Source of the DNA: Flectonema sp. DT1601
Lineage: Eukaryota
Reading direction: 5' to 3'
Assembly (NCBI GenBank): GCA_964019425.1
Contig: OZ025797.1
Coordinates: forward strand, 868,001 to 932,000
Length of the DNA stretch: 64,000 bases
Made by a program: the position numbers and the translations under genes. Position 1 is the first letter of the stretch. Each line of letters begins with the position of its first letter. This document shows positions 55,001 to 64,000 of this stretch, piece after piece. The notes beneath the pieces are model-generated. The model was not told where the DNA came from, searched no databases, and was given only the letters and a program-made list of their open reading frames with translations.

Positions 55001-58000
55001 TTTTTTGAGCACATTATAACTAAAATAAACATTAGTAATTTTATGATGAGTAAGGCTTTTTTTTTTTTTTTTTTTTTTTTTTTTCTGATGATAGATTCAA
55101 AAAATGGAGTGAAAGGAAGACGGGTATGGCTTTTGTACCACAGAAGGTAAAAGTCACCCTCGAGAGTTGCTTACTTCAGTATCTGAACTCTAAGACACGT
55201 CTCGGGGGATTTTAAACAATGAAAATAATATAAATTAACAAATAAAATAATAGTAAAATAATATCGTAAGATGGGCAGTTAAGTTTGTATTTGGGACCGC
55301 TTAAAGAAATTAAACTTTCAACCAAGTGATAATTAGGACTAAATGAAGAAAATTATTTCCCACTGAGCAGTAATCACAACTGCTGATTATTATTATTATT
55401 ATTATTCTTTTTTTTTTTTGAAAACGTTTTTTGCCTGAGAAGTATCAAAAAGTCTACCTCAAACAATAAAAAATATCAAAATTATCAAACAAAAGAAGAA
55501 AAAAAAATGTATAAAAACAAAAAGGAAAAACCACCCTTACAGGAAGAATCCTAACGGCAGCAGTGTAGTGAAGAAAAAAAATAAAAACCCTCATTCCGTG
55601 ATACGAATGGAAATAGAGAACGGGATGATAGCTAAAAGAATTAAAAAAGAAACATAATAAGCACACGCATGCTGATTAAATCGTTTGTTAGAAACAAGGA
55701 TCGACGATCCTCGGCCAACAATAAAGACGGGCACGATACCGACAGCAAGTATCCAGAAACTTGCAACTCGTGAAAGCAGCAGACGGTAGAAAATGAAAAA
55801 TCTTATTCAACGCAAGTGGTAATCGCTGACTGTACGTCACAACAAGTAAGAAAGTGGGTGAATACATGTTCTGGTCATATTCGCAAAGGAAACCGTTACC
55901 CCACACATCAAGCAGGTAAGTCTATATGGCTCAAAATAACCCTACGCATGGTACAGCCGCATAAGTACTTGAACTGATCAGGATCTGGATAAGACATTGT
56001 AAAAGGAAATAATAATAGAAAAACATATAGATCTCGGACGAAGAAAACGCTACACAGATTTGTATTACTCGGTATACGTGGCCTTCAAAACAGAAAGCTC
56101 ACGAAAAAAAACAGGGCATGGGTTACCATGTAGCATGTCGCAATATCCACCCTTTCTCTCAAGCGAAATACAATATAATGAGAGAGCGATTAAGCACCGA
56201 AAAAAAGTTTTCTTTTTTTTTTTTTCAAACAATAAGAGGTTCAAGATGATGTGGGGAAAATAAAAAAAGAACCAAAAATTAATAAAAAAGTGTAATGAAC
56301 TAACCAGCTTTTTCTGAACTCGAAAATATGAGTAAAAACAGAAACACCACTAGTCGCAAACCAACAACAAAGGAGAATAGACAATTCCTTCGGAAGGGTA
56401 GAAAAACAGCAAAAGCTACTTATCAAAGCAATAATTAAGCTGAATAAATGACTACTTTGTGATAACATTTAAAGGAAGAAAAAAAAAAAGAGGCAAGACG
56501 ATGAAATTAAGAAAAAAAAAAGAAATTCATATTTGGTTCTGTGTAAGGAAAAAAAAAAAAAAAAAAAAAAAAAAAGAAACCTCTTCATCTATTGCAGAGC
56601 AATAATAAACTCTTTTTTTTCTTTTTTTTTTTTTTTTTTTCTTTTTAAAAAAAACCGATACAAAATAAAAAATAAAATAAAACATATAAATAATCAACCT
56701 TTCGTTTATATCTAACAGGGTAGCTGGCACTTCAGCCCAATGTAAATGATATCTGAAAAAACATACTGAAGTAAAATCAAATTCAGAAAGACTACATTTT
56801 CCTCACAAATGGAGAAAAAAAAAAGAAGGGAAAAAAAAAAACAATAGTGAATAAACCCTGCGAAGGGACTATTAGTCGATTACAAACGTCCTATCTTCGA
56901 CCGAAGAGGATGTTTGTGATCTAAAAATTCAGATCAGAAAGCCTCAGAATTATTACATAATTTAAATAATAACAATTGCAGTTGGGTGGAATATTGGGTA
57001 CACAAAGTTGAAGGACAGGTGGATAATTCAAAAGAGAAAAAAAAAAAAAGAAGAAGAAGAAGAAGAAGGAGAAGAAAGAAAGGTATAATAATATATTTTA
57101 TTTATTTTCTGTTTTATTTTCGAAGTACTTCTTTAAAGCAAAAGTAACGCAAATAATAATACTCACTTTTTTAATATTATTTCTTATTTTTTTTTTTTTT
57201 TTTTTTTGGAGTTGTGGATAGGAGAAACGAACTAACAACTAACAAGATGTGCAACCACATGAAGAAAGATCTCGACCGCAAATAGTCTTCTGCTGTAATA
57301 AGGATCACCCTAGAGTGTCACTTAGGATCATTTGTAAGATAAAAGAAAGGAGTAAAAGAAGGGGGAAATCGTTGAGCCAGTTCTCATCCCAAACTGGAGC
57401 AGTGATTTTTTTTTTTTGTTGAGATGAATCTCACCATTTTTTTTAAAAAAGGGGGAAATATTGCAAAAAAAAAAAAGTTCGTGATTTTTTTTTTCTTTTT
57501 TTTTCCCCCATTTTTGGCGACACACTGACAGGAGGCGAAAAAGAACAAAAAAAAAAAAAAAAAAAAAACAGGGAAAACACATGCATGTCAGACTCTTTTA
57601 ACAGTTTTCTGACCCCACGCAGTGGCAAAGCACAACTCCCAATTGAGTATATTACTCGGCTTGACAATGTAAATGTCAGAATTTATCATTTTTGAAGTAA
57701 CAGGAAGGGTGAATTCCTCAGAGTTAACTTTGTTTCTGTGAGAACAAACTAAAACTTTCGTCAAAGAAAACAGTGCACCTACATGAGGGTGTTTCCTGCC
57801 AATCTAAGAGGAATAAAAAGAAACGAGGCGTCAGCCGTACGCACAGTAAAAGCATCAGCAACTCGTTAACAAGCGTAATTGTTTGTTACGAATGGCTACT
57901 ACTGACCAACTAAAATAAGATTGTGGTTCTGAAATAAATATCAGGTTGGTACTATCTTACTTAAATTCAGTTGCAAAGAGAAAAAAATAAATAAAATTAT

Positions 58001-60783
58001 TCAAGGCTTCAATCCAGATGAAAAGAGGGTCTTAAGCTAACAAAGAGAAAAAGAAAAGAGAAGGGGGAAAAAAGAAAAAAGACAATGAAAATTTTAGTGT
58101 AATTGTTACTTGTTTGAAAAGATACTAAAAAGAATAGTTTTGCGGGTGAGAAGGGGTGGATGAGAAGGGGTTGGGCGGAAGGGGATGAGAAATAGAACAC
58201 ACTTGTCAATATCACTGAAGCAAATTTCTTTTTTAAAATAAAAAAACAACTGAAACACAAAAATTCAGTACTTTCGGTTTACAGATATATTTTGGTAGAA
58301 GATATTCAACATCCGGTTTTTTTTTTTAAATAAAAATTCTTACAAACCAATAAAAACTTCGTGAACAGCTACCTGGAGAAATAAACAGCGAATTGCCAGG
58401 CTGAAGGACAAGTTTTCTATATAAAAAAACCCTTAATAATAATAACAGAAAACAAATGAAGCAGGAGCACTCGTGTGAGCTCTAGCCGATTCAATAATTC
58501 TGTCTCAAAAGACTATTCTGATTGTTGTGTTGTTTTGTATCAGTCTCACATACGAGACTTTTATTGGCGAGACAAAGAAATATCTACTTCGCATTGACGC
58601 AAAGAATTGTTGCAATTTGCGATCGACGTCTATCCTTTGCAAGCAAAAAAAAAGGGGGGGAAGGGAGGCGGCAAAAAAAAGAATTCGGATGTTAAAAATG
58701 GTTTCAATATTTCACTCGTTTGTGGGGAGTGAAAATAATAAAAAAAGGTTGTTGTTTTTTTTTTTTTGATTGAGCGGACTGATAGATTATTATCAAAGCC
58801 CTCACCTGCTGTAAATAGTCATCGCGGATGGCATGCAATGGAAACGGGTTACCTCCAGAATTTTGCTTTTTATAGTGCCAGACTTCCACCTGTTGTCATT
58901 GTGAAAAAGATTATTAATAGGGCATGGGGGGGAGAAAAGGAAATTTCAATTAGATAAGAAAACACTAATTTACTTTAGTCTGCGTCAACGAACTGCAATC
59001 CGTTCAGAGTGTTGAACACAATATTAGTAACACTGGTAGCAGAATTTGAGTCACCAAACCTGCAGTGCTCAGTTATTTTTCCAGCTGGCCTGATAGTACT
59101 TTTTTGTTTTTTAAAGAAAAGGGGGACAAATTAGGGGAGGGGAAAAAATTCGAAAAAATCTCTTCAAATTATGTTCTATGTGGGTTCAAATGTGTGTAAT
59201 CGTAACACACAGAAAAAAAACCATCACCGCTCGATTTCATTGCTTGGAAGGTACTTAAGAGTCAAGGGCAAATACTATAGAGGGCGCGAAAGTGTTCGTG
59301 TGCACCTTCAACAGTACAACTAAGTTTGCTGGATTAGCATAAGCCACGGCAGTTTGAAATCTTCTCTTAAGAGGGGGAGAACCCAGGTGAAAAGGGAAAA
59401 CGCATATTATTTTTTGTATTGATTTGTTTGAATAAAAAAATCAAAAAAAAAAACAAAGGAAAGGAAAGATAATGAATGTCGCAAATCAACCTAAAAAGGT
59501 CGAAGCAAACTACTTCACACACAATAACATCTGAACCAGTAGATACAAATGAAATTAAAAATTATTTCAGAAACTTGTAACTTTCCATTTTTAATCGCAA
59601 GAATAACCTAAGTAGCTTATTATGAGGTAAATTGGTATAGACAACAACAGTAGTAGATAATAGAACACCGGAGCACCACATACAACTAACACATTGTTTA
59701 TTTGTAGTTGTTTTTCTTTTTCGCGTTAGTTGCTTTCACGCAAAAGAACAGGGAAAACGTCATAAGGAAAAGAGGAAAAAAAAAAGAAAATTCATGCGCC
59801 ACTCTCACACCATTCTCTGGACTTCACAGCGCGCTATTTTTGCTAGAGAAAGGGAATAGTTAAGATGTCGCTTCTCCAGTGTCTAAGGATCCTGCTGCAA
59901 TCTCTTTTGTACCTTCACAGTAACAATAAGAAAAATTTAAAAAAAATTGTTGTTATTGTGTTGGGGATACAAAAGGAAGAAAAAACAGAAGCAAGAATGA
60001 AAAAAATAAAGATTAAAAAAAAAACACACAACTACTGAGGAAGGAAGAACAAATAAAAATCATGGTTGTAGCGCCTTTAAAAAATAGTAGGGCAATGCGC
60101 CTACCAAAGTAAAAGTAATACCTTGGTGAGCAGTTTACTTAAAGTTTCCATGTTATGGGCTGATTTGCAGGGGCGCTACAAATAAAAAGAAAAAAATGCT
60201 ACCGTGTGCCACGGCGTTTTTCAAGCGACCTACGTAGTTTTAAAGCGTAAGTGTTTTCACTGGCTAAAAATCAGATGAAATGTGGAGAAGAAGAGGTCAG
60301 CAAAAACAAAAGATAATCACAGATTAAAAAAAAAATATAAAATAATAATAAAATAATGCACCATCACACCAGTGAGCCAATACTCAATTGTGGGTGCGTA
60401 AGATTATCACTGGACGTGTTTCTGGGGAATTAGAATACGGAAACAAAATAAAAGAAATGTGGGGAAGAGAGATTGAGGGGGGGGAAAAGAAGCATCACCC
60501 GCTTAGCTTAGCAACGTGCTAAAAATACTAACAGTAACCTTGACTTGACTGGGTTCCTTTTTTTTTTTTTTCATATTCGCCACTCAGGAAAAAACGAGGG
60601 GGGAAAAGGAAGAAAGAAAAGCGGACAAAATAGTGTTTGCTCAATGCTATCAACAATTTTAAAAAAAAAAACAGAAGAAGAAGAAAAACAAAGAAGTATT
60701 TCTCTACAGCCACTCATCGTAGCAAAACTAGAGTGAAAAAGAACTCGCCACCTTAAAAAAGAGTTTATTTCATTTTGTTGTGC

Positions 60784-60815
<32 letters not shown>

Positions 60816-62945
60816 GGTTTTTTGGTAAGGACAACCACGGGACAAAAAAAATAAAAATAAAATAAAAGACACATTTTTCGTTACTGTGTTGCCACGATAT
60901 GCTCCGTCCATTCAATCACATGTGTGACACATTCCTCATTTAGAAAAACTGACAAGAAAACAATGATTCTTAGAGTTCTTGTGATACAGTTTTTGCTTTT
61001 CGCAGATATGAGAAGTTCGGCAACAATGTTTAGGTGCAACAACCTGTTTGAGGAGGGAGGTGGGGCGAAACATATATAGTAAGGAAGGGAAATTGAAAGG
61101 AAAAGGGAAAAAAAGGCTACAAAAGAAAAGCTTAGTAATGTTGTGTGATTTTTTTTCACTCCCTTTTTTCTGAAGAGACAAGAGGCCGTAGCTGCGAATT
61201 TCTTAGCTAAATCAGTTGTTCGTATCGGAAAAGAGTGAGCCCACCGCCCACCTACTATTACAAATAGCCCACAGCAAAACGCCACCTTGCTAAGGAATAT
61301 GTTTAAAAAAAAAACTTTTTTCGGGAATCTCTCAACAAAAATCACTAACGACACGACGTCTGACAGCAAGGACAGTGCATCCATTTCTGTGAAGAAAGAG
61401 GTATCTCTCTCAACGTCTGATTTCTTTCTTCTTTTCTTCTTCTTCTTTTTTTTTTTTTTTTTTTTTTTTTGAATATTAAAAAAAAACAAAACTATTTAAA
61501 TATAAGTGCAATATCAACAATCAGATGGTCCATCGGTTATTCTACCTTGAAAACCTTCACGACAAATGGTTGTATTGTCAAAAAAGAAAAGCAAAAAAAA
61601 AAAAAAAAAAAAAAAAGTTAAAAGTTAAAAAAAAATGTTTGATAAGCACAAGTGACGAATACGTTGGCTGCAATAAATAAGAAATAAATTCTTTTTTGTA
61701 ATTTCATACGCTCTCTCTCCCGCTCTCTGTGTTTCTATCGATAAAAAAAAGAGACCAATTTCGATTTTTATTCTTTAACACACACGTTTCTTTTCCTGCG
61801 CACAAAGGATAAGCATGAAGATGAACATGTAAAAAAAGAAACCCAAAAAGTTTAAAACGAGAGGCTGTTTTTTATTCTCTTTTGTTTCTTTAAATTAGTA
61901 TTTTCTGTTAATATTAATACGTGAGGAGAGGATAATTGTTTGAATTTATAAAATACCAACTGTACTGTATCATAATAACATAAAACGATAATTTAACGAC
62001 ATCTGTTAAGGATATAACAGTAAATTATGGTGGTGCTTTACTTAGCCTTTTGAAGTAACCATTAGGTTTCGAGATTAATCGTGACGAGGGGAAAATAGTG
62101 AAGGGGAAAGTTGTAATTGGAGTTCCGACATAGAGAGCTGTGGAACTTATTAATAAAAAAAAGGAGGAAGGGGAAAGCTACTTGACTACCGGAGACTTTG
62201 CAGGACCCAGTGGCCATAAGACTCATTGTATGTTAATGCTGTGAAACACTCAAAACAGACAGTAATTCCTACCACCTGTCTGATGTTTTATTTTTCCTCT
62301 CTTTTTTTCATACCATGGCATATCAAAAGAATTCATCTTCTCATTTCCAAAAAAAAAAAAAAAAAAAAAAAGAAAAAGAAAATCAAAAAAACGTCAAAAC
62401 AGCAGCGAACGACAGAAACAAAAAAAATTGAAGAAGAAAAATAAAAATAAATAAAAGCAGTGCGTAAGATGAATACTTGACTTTCTGAAGACAAGTAGAG
62501 GACACTGCACTGCTAAGTAAGAGAACAGCTGAAGATGTCACATCTTCACTGAAGGGAACCATATGCACCTCATTCCAATTGATGTACACAAATTAGTGTA
62601 CAGAGTAAGAGATTTTATAATAAAAAAAAGCGAACTCAGCTTGCTGCTCTATTTAACTGAACACATTAGTTTCAGGGCCTCTACAGAGTAAGAGATTGTT
62701 CTCGCTGAAGGACACGTAATAATTCTATCAAGGAAGATACTATAACAGTTAAAACCCTTGTGTCTTAATTAACTAAAAAAAAAATTAAAAAAAAATGCAC
62801 CAGTAGTAGCCATAACGGGACATCGAAAGTCGTAAAGAGCAATAAAAAAAAACCGGTTTCGCATTTGAAATAATAGTTTTTTGGGAGGAAAAAGTAAACC
62901 TTCGCAACGAAACTCAAATACTTTTCCTACCACAAAAAAAATAAC

Positions 62946-62977
<32 letters not shown>

Positions 62978-64000
62978 GTGTAAAACACAGAAAAATAAGA
63001 GGGAGAAAAATAATAAGGAAATTTCTGTCCAGACACGCTGTTTTCCGTGACAACGAGAACCAATCACAGAAAATGAGGAAAATATGAACTCGCAATTAAA
63101 AAAGAGAGACAATATGGAATACAAGCGTCCTATTCCTTGAGGCAGGTATAAGTCTCCATACTCTACTAATTATGAGTAAAACAATACAATACAAAGAGTA
63201 CCGTAACGTAAACTAAAGCCATCCAATACCTTTGCTTGATGCTTTTGGGAAGACAAGCAGAAGCTAAGCTTCCGCAAGAAGCTGATTCTAACCGTGAGCA
63301 ACATCAGGCACTGGGAATTATTTTATTAAAACTACATTTTTAATGATTACTTTTTGCAAAAAAAGGTTTAGCAGCACTCTCCTAAAAAGTGTAAACAAAT
63401 TACTTGTTTTTTTTGTTTTTTTTTTTTGTTTAAATTGAAAAGAACACACCACACGCGTCTAATGATCTGACACCAATCATGTGGTAGCAGAAAGTTAGAG
63501 GACGTAAAAAGATACAAAAGCCAGGTGGCTCCAACTTGACAAGTCTATTTGCATCTTTGGAATTGAAATAACAGTTTGAAGCAATTCGCTCAACACGTCC
63601 AAAAAGAAAAACACAACTTGAGTTGCACTTGAAAGAAAGGAGGGGAGGGAAAAGTTGGGGCAATTCCACGTAAAACATTTGCAGAGTAAAGAAAATGCGG
63701 TGCAGAGACGACCACATAATAAGGGAGGCAAAGAGTACAAATAATGTGACTTTGCTTTAAGTCAGAAAAATACCGAGCGGAAAAGAACTGGAAGAACTAC
63801 AGTACACTACCGTCAGAAAACAGAGCATGTAAGATTGAACCCCCATTTATTTCAATTATTTTTTCTTATTCTTTTTTTCTTATTCCATTCTCTTTCAAAG
63901 TCAAGTCAAAGGGCTGTTAGGCAGCATCGAAGCAAGAGTGCATCTGGAGAGGTGATAACCAACTTTTTTTTCACAATTTCTTTTTTTCTTTATCGAGAAC

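Noticed and set aside
59795..59865. GCCACTCTCACAC...TTTGCTAGAGA..GGAA, faintly like the trypanosomatid L1Tc/ingi 77-nt signature as I recall it
   Set aside because: The pairing arms needed for the HDV-like fold are absent; similarity is too short to support.
52986..63740. Phe/Lys-rich ORFs of 60-202 aa, e.g. 60881-61489
   Set aside because: Translations of poly-T/poly-A tracts, mostly with non-ATG starts.

Overview
Eukaryotic, AT-rich genomic DNA with many poly-A/poly-T tracts. All 12 protein genes I can support lie on the minus strand, some under 200 nt apart. They carry short GT-AG introns, and most have a T-rich AG just upstream of the ATG. This suggests a polycistronic, SL-trans-spliced gene cluster with cis-introns, as in a euglenozoan, most plausibly a diplonemid (inference). 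Genes in coordinate order: a >3,850-aa secreted mosaic protein in one uninterrupted ORF that is missing from the supplied track because its stop is outside the window; a TLDc protein; a hypothetical protein; a katanin p60-like AAA ATPase; an arylsulfatase B-like enzyme; a Lys-rich SMAP-domain protein; a Gln-rich coiled-coil protein; a ~2,318-aa secreted LamG/C-type lectin/PAN mosaic protein; an MLO-like membrane protein; two paralogous EF-hand + tandem CCCH proteins; and a degenerate aprataxin-like protein. 52.5-64 kb has no recognisable gene. Highlights: (1) both giant proteins appear built by nested ('Russian-doll') insertion of domains into the loops of other domains; (2) the introns lack a polypyrimidine tract and have U/G-rich 5' ends complementary to A/C-rich 3' ends, whereas the putative trans-splice acceptors are T-rich; (3) one intron contains an internal CAG|GTTTGT recursive-type site; (4) an EF-hand/CCCH fusion pair. 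All domain calls come from motif recognition by eye; no searches were run.
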